This document shows positions 28,600-45,981 of a DNA stretch of 64,000 nt, in pieces. The stretch is taken from NCBI RefSeq assembly GCF_009914755.1, contig NC_060931.1. One strand, given 5' to 3'. The stretch comes from the human T2T-CHM13v2.0 reference genome, Homo sapiens. The notes below the pieces were generated by a model. That model was given only the letters and a program-made list of their open reading frames with translations, was not told the DNA's origin and ran no database searches. The first letter of the stretch is position 1, and the number at the start of each line of letters is the position of its first letter. A program made the position numbers and the translations under genes.

Positions 28600-29350
28600 C
28601 TTTTTCAGTGCACAATGAGGTGTTTTAATTAAGAAAATGACAAGATCAGTTTGCCTTTTACTAAGCTTTGTGGCTGGAGGGAGTAGGACTTGCAGTGATT
28701 ATACAAGTTAGAAAACTATTGTCTGAATCCAAGTAAGAGATGATAGGAGCCATAATTAAAGTCATATGAAGACTTGTTAAGAAGGAAGAGTCAAGTGAGA
28801 TTTGGAGCCAATTTCTCCTGGAAGGTCTTGCTTAGGTAAGAGCAGTCATAGTGCCTAATATGTGACACAGAGTAGGCTCTCAATGAAGGAAGCTATCTGA
28901 TGACTCAGTAATTAAAAGAGCACCAGGAATGGAATGTCACAGTGGACTTGGTGGGGTAGGGGAAGCTTGGAGTCAGTTTTAGACAGGTTGATTTTGAGGT
29001 CCAAGTAGAATAACCAAATGAAAGTGCATGAAGCAATGGATGCATTGATCAAGAATTTAGGAGAAAGATCTGTATTGAGTAGATTTAGGATATGTCAGCA
29101 TGACTTTGGAAGTCAATGGTAAAAGACTGAGAAGGAGAACCATGGCAAAAGAAATGCTAGAAAACCCTGTTATCATGAAATCTCAGGAAGCAAGGAGGAA
29201 AAGGGTTCCATCAATGCTGCCAACCCAACAGAGCCAATAAGCAAGGGACAGATTGGAATATTTCCTTTGGACTTTGTAACTTAGAGGTTATTGATGACGG
29301 TGGCAAAACCAATTCCAGAGGAGTACATTAGCAGGAAGCCAGACTGGGAA
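28600..29350. mobile_element. L2 LINE relic
   Basis: Purine-rich L2-like blocks: agtcagttttagacaggttgattttgaggtcc, aagaatttaggagaaagatctg and ttggactttgtaacttagaggttattgatgac. Confidence 0.6.
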
Positions 29351-32300
29351 ATTCACATTCCTTCCACCATCCACATTAAAGGAACATTTACATATTAAAC
29401 AGCAGCACCAGAACTTGGATATAGGTAGGGCTTATATGTGTATGGCTTAGGTAGGAATACAGGGAAACAAACTTCACTGCCAAAGACAAAATGCATCAAG
29501 GATATACAAGGGGCAGTGGGGAGGGTGGAAGTAGAGGTGGAAGGAAGGAAGGAACACTGCACTTAAAGGAAGATCATGTAGATAGACAATCCGTGCTCCT
29601 AAAATAGACAGAAGACCCCAGTTCCACGAAGGAACTTCTTTGATTCTTAACAATATTTGAAAGGACATGTTGGTTGCTGTTGACTTTAGTAGAATTAAGG
29701 ATACACTCAAGTATTTATAAATTATATGTGGCTATTTTCTTTTTAACGAACCACGTGACATCAGTTCAAACAGCACAAATTAACAAACACATTATACATA
29801 ATATGTTGCTTCAGTTATTTTTCTTTTACCCTCTTAGGAAAGCTCAACAGAGCAAGAACACAGGCAATATTTTACTGGACAATAGATTGCCCTTTTTCTC
29901 AGTTCATTTCTATGGTCTTTGTAAACTTTGTAGTTACTGAAAATTCATTTCATTCTTTAAATATATTATTGTGTCTGTTTTTAATTAAAATTGGCTCATC
30001 AGGTACACAGCATGGATGTAAAAGTAATAGGGTCATTTTTCATCCTGGACTTTCTAAACATGTGGTTGGTTTTTGTCCTTAATTGTCCACCAGGGCTTAC
30101 TGCATTCAGCTTATTATTTGTTTGTATTTCACTTTTTCATACAAAATTGTTATCAGACACACTAGGCAAATAGGAGAATTTTCTTCCTATGTAATTTAAG
30201 TCATAGCGTTTTTATGTAAATACCATCAAAGGTTTGATAATGGTTTTTGTATTCTGTAAGAAACATTAAAGTATTTTAGAAGTATTGTGATTTAATGTTT
30301 TCTTATTTATTTTATTTAACAAAGAGAAATTTAACACCAGTGAGAAAAACTGTCAGTGAATAATTGCATTAACCCATCAAGATCCTTCACGCACATCATC
30401 CTTTGGCTCAGGGTCCAATTTCAATATGCAGCAAGACCCCCAGAAACGGGGGGCAAAAGAAAAGGCTGTCATAGTAATTGTCACCGTTCCCTCAATATTT
30501 ATTGGCTGTTTCACTCAATTAGTGTCAAGTATATACTGCCAGGTACCTGTCTTTGTTTCACATTGTCCTTTTTGTTCATCTCCTGTTAGTGAAACTGTCC
30601 CCAGGACAGAGCTTCCTCAATCTCCAGAGCTGCCACAGTGCTCTGCCCACTGGGGCCACTGGGCTCAGGGTTTGCAATTCTGGGGTGCAATCTTGGTATT
30701 TTTCTGTCGCCAGCTTGCTTTCTGCAGAGCATCCATTCCATGCCTTCTCTTCTTTTTGTAGATCGTAGCCTCTAACTTGACAGAGAACACAGAGGTCTTC
30801 TAATTCCCACTATCTGCTGCCACCTGACTCCCCACTTCCCTGGGCTGTTTCTTTCTGCCCCTTCACAGTCAGAAGAGAGCATCCTTCCTGCTGCAGGTGC
30901 ACGGCACTGCTTGCTTTCTCTCCTTTCTGCTGTGAGAATTGTCTCCCTCTTGGTCCTTCTCTCCGTGGTGTCCTCATCTGCTGACTGTGCACCAACTGCT
31001 TTTAGGCAGCCGCTGCACGGGTGTAACCTCTAAACAGCAAAAAACCAGGTAGACCCCCTCCATCACAGCTGGCATCCTTAGATTGTGATGCGTGCTCTTA
31101 GGATATTCCACCTTCTCTTTCTCTAACTGCCAATCCTGAGCATGGAACGCTGTGGACCTGAGACTCTACTGAGCACAAGACATACTTGAGGGGCTTGTTC
31201 ACATTTCTGAGTCCATGCTTCACTACTTGGATTCATTTGGTCTGCAGTAGAACCCAGATATCTAAATTTGTAACAAGATGACTCTGAGGCGGGGTGTATG
31301 GCAGTTTCTAAGAAATGCCATATGAGTGTATTCATTTCCTGGCTCAGCTTCAGCTTTCCCAAGGATATTTCAGTCTTTCTCATGCTCCTGCTGGTGGTGA
31401 TTGACCAAATCTCTGCAATGCAGGGGGTGGTGTAAGTATGAGTCTTCATCACTGAGGATACGCTATCAACATTTTGTTTCCACGAATGCCATCTATTCAC
31501 ACTTCCTCTTCTCTTAGCTGCTGATATGGGGGCAATTATATCAACTTCTCTTTTGGAATAGTGACATCTTCAAAATTTCGAGGTGCCTAAAAATCATCCC
31601 TGTTCCATATGGGACATCTTGTCTTCTTGTATATAGAAGACTATATACATAGTCTATACACAAGAGTACTTCTTATATACAGATGCTTCCCTTTCTGTAG
31701 TAGATTAAGTTACATTTGCTTCCCTACAGACAAAGGACAACCTCCTCAGGGAACTATGGCTTAACTCTCCCATGTGGACTATATGACAATTACATGGATT
31801 TTATAGAAAAAATTACAATGCTCTCAGTCTTTGGAAGTTAATTTTGCTACCTATAAAGTCTGGCAAATCCTATTTGCTTATTCAATGTATTTAACACAAA
31901 TTAAGTTCTGATGGCTAAAGTATAGTGGAAAAAAGACAATCCTTTGAGGAACTCAGTAGTTCAAGGAGGGAGAAGCAAAACTCAAAAGATCTCAGGGATT
32001 TCATAGATTTACCCATGATAATGTGTTATCCCTTGGTAATATTAAAATGAAACCCAGCATTTTAAAATAAAATTTGATGAAAGATTTCTAAGTTAGGTCT
32101 ATTTTTATGCTTTGAGGCCAACCACTCTGAAAGCAACCAATTGTTTTTTCAATTGAGTTCATTCAAACTAACACACCATAGGCTTACTCAGCTAAAATAA
32201 AGAGAAAAGTATCCCTGAACTTCACATTTCTGCTATGTGTTAAATTAAAGTGTCTTTTGGTAATAGAGAAATCAGATTACCTAGAGTGAGGGTGAGAACA

Positions 32301-32906
32301 GAAAGAAAGGAAGCAAAATTATGACATTGCCAGTGACTGAATCTCTTATTCACAGGAAACCTAGATTGCAAATCAAATGTATGAACTAACTGGGCATGCA
32401 GTTGTTCCGTTTACCTCCAAAAAACATGACGTAGTTCATGTTCCCATAGGGGGAGACCTGGTTTCCAAGTCAGATGGAAACCTAACTTCTATGATTGAGA
32501 AGCTGCAGGATTCTGAAAAGCATCACCCCTATACGCATTTATTTTCAAATAAGAAAAACAGGGTTAAAAAGATATACCTTGCAACATTATTGAGGCTGAA
32601 TCAAAAATATTTACTCATAACTTCATTGGAAAGTTAAGCTAAAAGTTAAACAAATAAACTTATTATTTCCCCCAAGATTTGATTGTTCTGGAAGTTTGGA
32701 GAGAGAAACTTTTGTATGCCACTGTTTCTGTAGATGAAGAGTTTGTCACATCTAGTCTCAGGGACACCGAAGGCTTTGGGCTCATTGTATCTCTTGGGAA
32801 TGCTTACGTTTAGATAATTATTTTGGAACATATCTAGTACATGTTTAAACCACCCTTCAGTGGAAGACCAAGTTGTGAACCCTTAAAACTATTAAAATAA
32901 TGTAAT

Positions 32907-32979
32907 CAGAAACACTTTGGGATTTCAGGAACCAAGGCCTTGAGACTCATGAAGGAAAAAGGTTTATGAGGCAGATTCT
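32907..32979 (+). repeat. Copy 1 of 73-bp direct duplication (partner 40152-40224)
   Basis: 71 of 73 bases identical by manual alignment. Confidence 0.97.
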
Positions 32980-33278
32980 GCGTCATTCCCTGGGTGATGT
33001 TCAGGAGACACAAACATATATAAAAACCAACTCCTTCCAAAAGAGAGAGGACTCGAAGTCACAAATAAATTCCAACTCTTTCCTGAGGGGAAGCACTATG
33101 AGTTTGTCCCAAGAAGGGAGTGGTTTCTAGTGAGGACAGCTGAGCAATGGAGAAAACAAGGCTGTGAAAGACTGTCACCTATAAATTCAAATGTCTCAAT
33201 TAGGGCAGTCAGTAACTATTTACAGATTTGTTTCTCAAAAATAATTCCACGAAAAATAGGTTTAAAAATAGGTTACCA

Positions 33279-34182
33279 GGGAGGAGCCAAGATGGCCGAA
33301 TAGGAACAGCTCTGGTCTACAGCTACCAGCGTGAGCGACGCAGAAGATGGGTGATTTCTGCATTTCCATCTGAGGTACCGGGTTCATCTCACTAGGGAGT
33401 GCCAGACAGTGGGCGCAGGTCAGTGGGTGCGTGCACCATGCGCGAGCTGAAGCAGGGCGAGGCATTGCCTCACCTGGGAAGCGCAAGGGGTCAGGGAGTT
33501 CCCTTTCTGAGTCAAAGAAAGGGGTGATGGACACACCTGGAAAATCGGGTCACTCCCACCTGAATACTGTGCTTTTCCGACCGGCTTAAAAAACGGCGCA
33601 CTGCAAGATTATATCCCGCACCTGGCTCGGAGGGTCCTACGCCCACGGAGTCTCGCTGATTACTAGCACAGCAGTGTGAGATCAAACTGCAAGGCGGCAG
33701 CGAGGCTGGGGGAGGGGCGCCCGCCATTGCCCAGGCTTGCTTAGGTAAACAAAGCAGCCTGGAAGCTCGAACTGGGTGGAGCCCACCACAGCTCAAGGAG
33801 GCCTGCCTGCCTCTGTAGGCTCCACCTCTGGGGGCAGGGCACAGACAAACAAAAAGACAGCAGTAACCTCTGCAGACTTAAATGTCCCTGTCTGACATCT
33901 TTGAAGAGAGCAGTGGTTCTCCCAGCACGCAGCTGGAGATCTGAGAATGGGCAGACTGCCTCCTCAAGTGGGTCCCTGACACCTGACCCCCGAGCAGCCT
34001 AATTGGGAGGCACCCCCCAGCAGGGGCACACTGACATCTCACACGGCAGGGTATTCCAACAGACCTGCAGCTGAGGGTCCTGTCTGTTAGAAGGAAAACT
34101 AACAAAGAGAAAGGACATCCACACCAAAAACCCATCTGTACATCACCATCATCAAAGACCAAAAGTAGATAAAACCACAAAG
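33279..34182. promoter_or_regulatory. L1 5'UTR with sense promoter, antisense promoter region and YY1 site
   Basis: CAAGATGGCC YY1 motif at the 5' end and many retained CpGs. Promoter function is taken from established L1 biology. Confidence 0.75.
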
Positions 34183-35196
34183 ATGGGGGAAAAAAACAGA
34201 ACAGAAAAACTGGAAACTCTAAAAAGCAGAGCGCCTCTCCTCCTCCAAAGGAACACAGTTCCTCACCAGCAACGGAACAAAGCTGGATGGAGAATGACTT
34301 TGACGAGCTGAGAGAAGAAGGCTTCAGACGATCAAATTACTCTGAGCTACGGGAGGACATTCAAACCAAAGGCAAAGAAGTTGAAAACTTTGAAAAAAAT
34401 TTAGAAGAATGTATAACTAGAATAACCAATACAGAGAAGTGCTTAAAGGAGCTGATGGAGCTGAAAACCAAGGCTCGAAAACTACATGAAGAATGCAGAA
34501 GCCTCAGGAGCCGATGCGATCAACTGGAAGAAAGGGTATCAGCAATGGAAGATGAATGAAATGAAGCGAGATAGGAAGTTTAGAGAAAAAAGAATAAAAA
34601 GAAATGAGCAAAGCCTCCAAGAAATATGGGACTATGTGAAAAGACCAAATCTACGTCTGATTGGTGTACCTGAAAGTGATGGGGAGAATGGAACCAAGTT
34701 GGAAAACACTCTGCAGGATATTATCCAGGAGAACTTCCCCAATCTAGCAAGGCAGGCTAACGTTCAGATTCAGGAAATACAGAGAACGCCACAAAGATAC
34801 TCCTCGAGAAGAGCAACTCCAAGACACATAATTGTCAGATTCACCAAAGTTGAAATGAAGGAAAAAATGTTAAGGGCAGCCAGAGAGAAAGGTCGGGTTA
34901 CCCTCAAAGGGAAGCCCATCAGACTAACAGCGGATCTCTCAGCAGAAACTCTACAAGCCAGAAGAGAGTGGGGGCCAATATTCAACATTCTTCAAGAAAA
35001 GAATTTTCAACCCAGAATTTCATATCCAGCCAAACTAAGCTTCATAAGTGAAGGAGAAATAAAATACTTTACAGACAAGCAAATGCTGAGAGATTTTGTC
35101 ACCACCAGGTCTGTCCTAAAAGAGCTCCTGAAGGAAGCACTAAACATGGAAAGGAACAACCGGTACCAGCCACTGCAAAAACATGCCAAATTGTAA
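34183..35196 (+). pseudogene. L1 ORF1p, frameshifted
   Basis: ATG at 34183 is followed by a +2 slip (atgggggaaaaaaacag), and there is a 4-bp loss near 34555. Fragments 34287-34559 and 34486-35196 translate to ORF1p. Confidence 0.93.
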
Positions 35197-35259
35197 AGAC
35201 TATGGAGACTAGGAAGAAACTGCATCAACTAACGAGCAAAATAACCAGCTAACATCATA

Positions 35260-39093
<3,834 letters not shown>

Positions 39094-40151
39094 ACAATGA
39101 GATCACATGGACACAGGAAGGGGAATATCACACTCTGGGGACTGTTGTGGGGTGCGGGGAGAGGGGAGGGATAGCATTGGGAGATATACCTAATGCTAGA
39201 TGACGAGTTAGTGGGTGCAGCGCACCAGCATGGCACATGTATACATATGTAACTAACCTGCACAATGTGCACATGTACCCTAAAGCTTAAAGTATAATAA
39301 AAAAATAAAATAAAATAAAAAAATTAAAAAAATTAAAAAAACCCAGTTCAATTAAAAAAAAAAATAGGTTACCTACCAGTCCTGAACTAAAGCCAACTGG
39401 AAAACAATGGGCAGGCACTTGTTGAGTACCTAGACAAGGGCATTGCAACCCTGGGACTCAATGCTTCTGGAGAGAAAGCCAGGAAGGGAGATTCAGGTCC
39501 AGATCATTTCCCACAAAATCAGAGCAATGCTGGATTAAGGTGGAGCTGCTGCTTTGAGGTTCAGCAAGTAAGAGCAACAGCGTCTTTGAGAGCTTGGAAA
39601 TATTGATGAAGAACAGAAGGGGAAAGAAAGGAGTTATTTCCTCTGCACTGGCAGAACTCAACCAGAGAAAGTTTTCAAGAGCAGGAGTTGTCTCTGCTCT
39701 GGGCTGGGGGCTAGAAGAGTAGATGTTCATGGAGCGAGGGTTTGGGGAAGGAGGTGTATACAGGAATTCCAGACAGCAAATACAGCTGCTGAGACAGACA
39801 CATGAAAGAGACTAGCAGGTCCAGGAAGTGTGGTTACAGTTGTGGAATAGAAACTGTGAGGGAGAAGAAGGGAGGAAGAAAGAAGATGGTATCAGAGATG
39901 CTCAGAAACAAAGTACGCTTAGCAGGAGTCTTGGGATGTGTTCTGTAGGCACAGAGTATGCATCTAGAAGGCACTTGAGAAATGCTCATTACATGAGAAA
40001 CGTGAACAACTGTACCAATGTCAGAGCAAAACATGGTGACTCCACTGTCCCCAAGTCTGTCCCTGGATCTCTCAGGGAACATCCTGGAAGCCCCATTTCA
40101 TACTCTGGGATCCAACTGCATTGATTTCTCTCAGTCCCTACATTAAAAACA

Positions 40152-40224
40152 CAGAAACATTTTGGGATTTCAGGAAACAAGGCCTTGAGACTCATGAAGG
40201 AAAAAGGTTTATGAGGCAGATTCT
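40152..40224 (+). repeat. Copy 2 of 73-bp direct duplication
   Basis: Matches 32907-32979. Confidence 0.97.
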
Positions 40225-42520
40225 ACTCGTAGATGCATGGGTGCCGCAGCTAGCAGTGTGTCCTCCGACCTTAGCTGAAGTCTTTGCTGGAATTTGCAAA
40301 TACAAGGGGGACATCTCCAGGGGTATCAAATGTTTCTGAGCAAGGGAAAGATTAGCCAAGCTTTAGTGGAAAAAGTCAGATCTATATTACAGAGTGGAGA
40401 GTCACAAAATGGCCCTTATTATGTCCTTGGTTATCCAGTGTCAAGGGATTCCCTCCATTTTGTGCAGCTCACCTTTGAAAAATGGAAGCAAAAATCAGTG
40501 AAAATCAACTTACTGGAATCCAATGAGCATAATTAAATTAGCCTTCTGTTCTTCAGAATCCAGCTTAGGGTGGTTGTGTGAAAGGGAAACAAGGGATTTT
40601 TAAGAAAAAAGAGTTTGAAAGCCCAGAGATTTATGAATCATTTCCAACCTGTAGGATGATATTTCTAAGGCACAAAATAGTTCACTCTCAGGAATTATTA
40701 ACAGTGTCAAGAGAGAACAAATCATTTATAAGAAAGACCATAATTTTTCCACAACTTTTTTTGTACTTCCCCGAAAAAAGCTATTTGTGAAAATTAAAAA
40801 TTAAGGTATCTAAACATTGCTAAATAAATAATGAAAGCTTCTGTCAGCTTTTCCCTCTGGGTTTTTGTTCTTTTTTTAAAAAGATGAAGCAGAAGAGAAA
40901 TGTCTTTTATCTAAGAGAAACTTTTGTATTCTCCGGGCGCAACTCCCATGTTTTTTGGCTTTTGGTCATCACCGACAATTACTTTGCTCTCTCTTTTGAT
41001 ATTTTGAGTGATCCTGTTTTTTTGAGAAAAAGTCTTGACTTTTGGAATGTTCTCTCATTTGTTTTTTCTGTGTTTCTGCACTAAGATTTCTTTTATCTTA
41101 CTTAGACCTATCCAGATCTTGTGAATTCAGGTGAAGTTAAAATACTTACTGAAGAATTAGAAATAACTTGCCATGTCAAGGGTTTCTCTTAAAGTACAGT
41201 CTGTACAATTCTTGGAGGATAATTGCTTCAGATTCAAAAAGAAACTTAATGAAAATAAGATAAAATTGTTAAAGTCTTGTAGAAAAGTCTGTGCCATTCC
41301 AGTAGGTCTGTCACTAATAAGGATGTGCTGTACCCCCTGTGCACTGCCACGGAAGTCTGAGGTTGTCAGAGAGCTGGAAAGCATTGCCTGATTGGCACTC
41401 ATTGCTGGGCATGGGTGCTAATTCTGGAAGCATTGCTGTCAGGGTGGGCCTGAGCCCAAAGCAGCTCCTCAGCTTTTCAGAACATCCCAGTATTTCTTGG
41501 GCTCATTATGCTCTGATCTGCTCTGCTCTAAAGTTGTGCTACACCTTCCCAATACTTTATTCTCTCAAATATTTCTCCACACTTTCCCAACAGTGGCTCT
41601 AACATGAGAAACAGTGCCTAGAAATGGCACTTATGTGTGATTGCCACTGAGCGACTATGACAGTGGGTTCCCTTTTGTGTGGTCTACGTTGAGGACTCAG
41701 CTGCTTGGGAATAGGGCAGAAAACATGTGGGCATCATATTTTAAGCTCCTGGTACCTTGTCTCCTTGCAGACTCCTCCTTTCTCCTACTTTCTGTGCTTT
41801 GAGAACTCCCCACTGCACTCTCCTGAGCAGGGTTCTCCTCCCTCCAGGATGGGCCATGCAGGAATCCACAAACACCAACAGTGTTTGATGTCAGTTAGTT
41901 TGTTTTCAGCTGCACATTCTGCCAATTCAAATGGCTTAAGAATTAAAGACACTTACTAACTCACACCAAATAGGCAGTAGGTTGACTATTTTAGTGGCCA
42001 GGTAAGGTTATGAGGAATTTCGGCCTCTTCCATGATTCTGCTCCTCTATTTTCTCCTCCCTCTGGTCTCCGTCTTCAGACTCATCCTCTCATGATGCCAC
42101 GTGGTGGAGGACACTCCATGTATCACCCCTTCTCACAACAACAATGGAATACTCTCCTGGCACATTTTGGAGAATGAATAAACCTCTCCAAGAAGCCACC
42201 CAGAAGGCTGAAGCTAGGGAGGACTACCTGGCCACTGAGCCCCACATGGAACAAAGGAAGAAACAGGAGGCTGTCTGTGGGGTGGGTCACCAGCAGGGAC
42301 AAAACCACCTCATCCTGTCTCTGAAGAGGGAGCACTATTTGTTTCCAGGGTTTCCTTGTTAATGACCATGCAGAAAATAGTCATGTACGCAAGTGGGAAA
42401 ACCACAAAAAGTCCTGAATTAAGAGTTCTTGAGAGTTGTCATCCCTCTTCTATGGTCCCTGACTGTTTTTAAAGATGGCCCCTGGATGTCCTGATGGGTT
42501 TCTTTGTGTTACTGACTCAC

Positions 42521-42893
42521 TGTCTTAGTCCTTTTGGGCTACTGTAACAAAATTATTCCAGACTGGAGAGTTACAAACAATAGAAATTTATTTCTTTCAG
42601 TTACGAGGTTGGAAATCCAACCTCAAGGTGCAGGCAGATTCGGTGTATGGTAAGGGCCCATCCTTGATTCCTGGCACAGGCTTCCTGGTTCCCTGTCTTC
42701 TCCTGCGTCCTCACATGGCTGAAGGGTGAGAGAGCTCCCTGGGTCTCTTTTATAAGGGCACTGATCCCATTCATGAGGGTTCCACCCTTATGACCTAACT
42801 ACCTTTGGAAGTTCCACCTCCTAATACCATCACCCTGGGAGTGAGGATTTCAACATCTGAGTTTGAGTGGACACAAACATTCAGTCTACGTCA
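42521..42893 (-). mobile_element. Solo MaLR LTR (MSTD/MLT1A-like)
   Basis: tgtcttagtcc...ttttataagggcactgatcccattcatgaggg...gacacaaacattcagtc; probable TSD ctcac / ttcac. Confidence 0.85.
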
Positions 42894-43653
42894 TTCACTA
42901 AACCTTGTGCAAGTAAGGGGCTGACGGGTCCAGCCTGCAGAAGGAGCTGGAGCCAGTATACTCAGGGTTTCACCCTGCTCTCCCTCTGCCAGAGCAGACC
43001 CTCTCCCTTTCCTATCACCCCCTATCATTAGCTTCTGGGGTCTTCCTTATTTCCTGTGGACCCATGGGTGTCTTGTAACATCCCCAAGGAGCAAGATGGG
43101 TTGTCTGCCTGGGGTCCCAGGGGATCTCACACAATTTCAGAGCCGGGGCAGGCAGCAGCCCTGCCGTGGTCACTGGAGGAAGCAGCGGCTGAGGTGGGAG
43201 GCAAGTCCCTCCCAGACCCAGGCAGGGCGGGGGGCCAGTGCAGCTGGGCTGAGGCAGCAGGGGTCGAAGACCACCCCATCCTGATGCTCACCTTTCCCAG
43301 CGCCCTTGCTGCCATGTCCCTCCTTCCTGTGTGCGGAGCCCAGGCCTCTCTCCTGGGCCCTCTGTCCTCTTTGTTCTCATCCACCTCGGCCTCCATCTCA
43401 CTTCCCCTCCGAGCCCAGGAGCTCTTCAGCCAGGGGGTGAGGTGAGAAGCCCAACTCTCCCTGTCATTTGTCTATGCCTAGAGTCGTCTCTTATTCCTGA
43501 AATCTTTTGAAAAGTCCAGCCAAGAAGACTATCTTCCGTTTCTTTTTCCTTTTCTTAGTGAGGTCACACATTATCCCCCATGGCTGTGAACACAGAAGAG
43601 CGAAGCTGTTTGATGGGGTGGGCGTGGTTGAGAACAAGACCACGAGATGACAT

Positions 43654-45293
43654 TGTGTGGGTTTGCTCAGGCTGCTACTGTGTCCGGAATTGGTGGGTTC
43701 TTGGTCTCACTGACTTCAAGAATGAAGCCACGGACCCTCCCGGTGAGTGTTACAGCTCATAACGGCAGTGTGGACCCAAAGAGTGAGCAGCAGCAAGATT
43801 TATTGCAAAGAGCGAAAGAACAAAGCTTCCACCATGTGGAAGGGGACCGGAGAGGGTTGCCACTGCTGGCTCGGCAGCCTGCTTTTATTCTCTTATCTGG
43901 CCCCACCCACATCCTACTGATTGATAGAGTGGTCTGTTTTGACAGGGTGCTGATTGGTGTGTTTACAATCCCTGAGTTAGACACAAAGGTTCTCCACGTC
44001 CCCACCAGATTAGCTAGATACAGAGTGTCCACACAAAGGTTCTCCAAGGCCCCACCAGAGTAGCTAGATACAGAGTGTCCATTGGTGCATTCACAAACCC
44101 TGAGCTAGGCACAGGGTGCTGATTGGTGTGTTTACAAACCTTGAGCTAGATACAGAGTGCTGATTGGTGTATTTACAATCCCTTAGTTAGACATAAAGGT
44201 TCTCCAAGTTCCCATCAGACTCAGGAGCCCAGCTGGCTTCACCCAGTGGATCTGGCACTGGGGCTGCAGGTGGAGCTGCCTGCCAGTCCCGCGCCATGCG
44301 CCCACACTCCTCAGCCCTTGGGTGGTCGATGGGACTGGGCGCCATGGAGCAGGGGGTGGCGCTCGTTGGGTAGGCTTGGGCTGCACAGGAGCCCACGGCC
44401 GGGGGTGGGTGGGGGCGGAGGCTCAGGCATGGCGAGCTGCAGGTCGTGAGCCCTGCCCAGCGGGAAGGCAGCTAAGGCCCCACGAGAAATTGAGTGCAGC
44501 GCCGGTGAGCCGGCACTGCTGGGGGACCCAGTACACCGTCCGCAGCCGCTGGCTTGGGTGCTAAGCCCCTCATTGCCCGGGGCCGGCAGGGCGGGCCGGC
44601 TGCTCCAAGTGCAGGGCCCGCCAAGCCCACGCCCACCCGGAACTCCAGCTAGCCCGCAAGCGCCGCACGCAGTCCCGGTTCCCGCTCGCGCCTCTCCCTC
44701 CACAACTCCCTGCAAGCTGAGAGAGCCGGCTCCGGCCTTGGCCAGCCCAGAAAGGGGCTCCAACAGTGCAGCGGCGGGCTGAAGGGCTTCTCAAGTGCAG
44801 TCAAAGTGGGAGCCCAGGCAGAGGAGGCGTGGAGAGCGAGGAAGGGCTGTGAGGACTGTCAGCACGCTGTCACCTCTCACTACCACAAAGCAACACAAAC
44901 TGGGAAGCTCCAAACCACAGACTCGTTATCTCACTTCTCTGGAGGCTGCAAGTCTGAAGTCAAGGCGTCGGCTGGGCTGCGCTCTCCAAAACCTGTAGGT
45001 GAGTATCCTTCTCTGCTTCTTCTGGCTTCTGGTGGCAGTGTCCCACATCAGTGCCGGGGCATTGCAGCCGCAGCGCTCCGATCCCAGCCTCCGTGGCATT
45101 GTGTCTGTGTGTCTGTGTCTTCACGTGGCTGTTTTCTTCTAAGGACACCGGCCATATTGGGTTAGCACCCTACCTAAACCCTGCAGTGTGACCTCGTCTT
45201 CACTAATGAAATCTGCAATGACCTTATTTCCAAACACGGTCACATTCAGGCTTCATCATATCACTTTTGTGGGACACAATTCAACCCATAATA
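43654..45293 (-). mobile_element. MLT1B/C-like MaLR LTR split by LTR12C
   Basis: Left stub tgtgtgggtttgctcaggctgctac resumes at 44880 (tctggaggctgcaagtctgaagtcaagg...atctgcaatgaccttatttcc...gggacacaattcaacccataa). Confidence 0.82.
43679..44879 (-). mobile_element. Solo LTR12C (ERV9 LTR)
   Basis: tgtgtccggaattggtgggttcttggtctc...gcacgctgtcacctctca; repeated gctgattggtg and tagctagataca modules; CpG-rich U3; 4-bp TSD CTAC (43675-43678 / 44880-44883). Confidence 0.95.
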
Positions 45294-45981
45294 TAGATGA
45301 GAGCAAAACAAAAACTATGCAATAACTTTTCTCTCTCTGCCACACTCCCCTTCCTTCAGACTGCCTTGGGTCAGTCCCTCCCTTAACCCAGAAGTTGAAG
45401 GACAAAATATAGGAGCCAGGCATCTCCTGACAGTCACCTGCTCCCGTGAGAGGCCGCATTCTGGACTCACAGCTGGGGAGGGGCCTTCCACCTGGGCCCT
45501 GGGCCTCCACCCGGGTGGGCTTTCCAGAGCAAAATCTATTCATGGATGGGATTAAACAAAAGATGTAAAATCTCCCATTTCCATAGCCCTTCCTAGGGTG
45601 TTTTCATCTGAAGCTGGGCAGGGCCTTCTTCCAAGTTCATTCAGGTTGCTAAGGCAATTCAGCTCCTTGCAGTTGCAGGACTGGATTGAAATATAAGCAT
45701 AGATAAACAACAGGAAGCAAAACAGTTTCCTCACGACAGTAACTCTGAGAATCAGTGCCTTGATGTTCTCCAAGATTTCTGAGTTCTGAATTTATATGAA
45801 TCTGAGGCTCTGCTTGCCTATCTGATAATTCTTAATGAATAATTGTATTTGACTTTCCTTCCTCTACACCCTAAGAAGGGCTATGGAAATAAGGTCATTG
45901 CAGATTTCTTTAGTGAAGACGAGGTCACACTGCAGGGTTTAGGTAGGGTGCTAACCTAATATGGCCGGTGTCCTTAGAAGA
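45135..45981. repeat. 98-bp inverted repeat pair (45135-45232 and 45884-45981)
   Basis: Reverse-complement match with 2 mismatches. Confidence 0.97.
45595..45690 (-). mobile_element. MLT1 LTR fragment
   Basis: ttccaagttcattcaggttgctaaggcaattcagctccttgcagttgcaggactg. Confidence 0.6.

Noticed and set aside
44290-44830. CpG island of a host gene promoter
   Set aside because: It lies entirely within the LTR12C U3 region.
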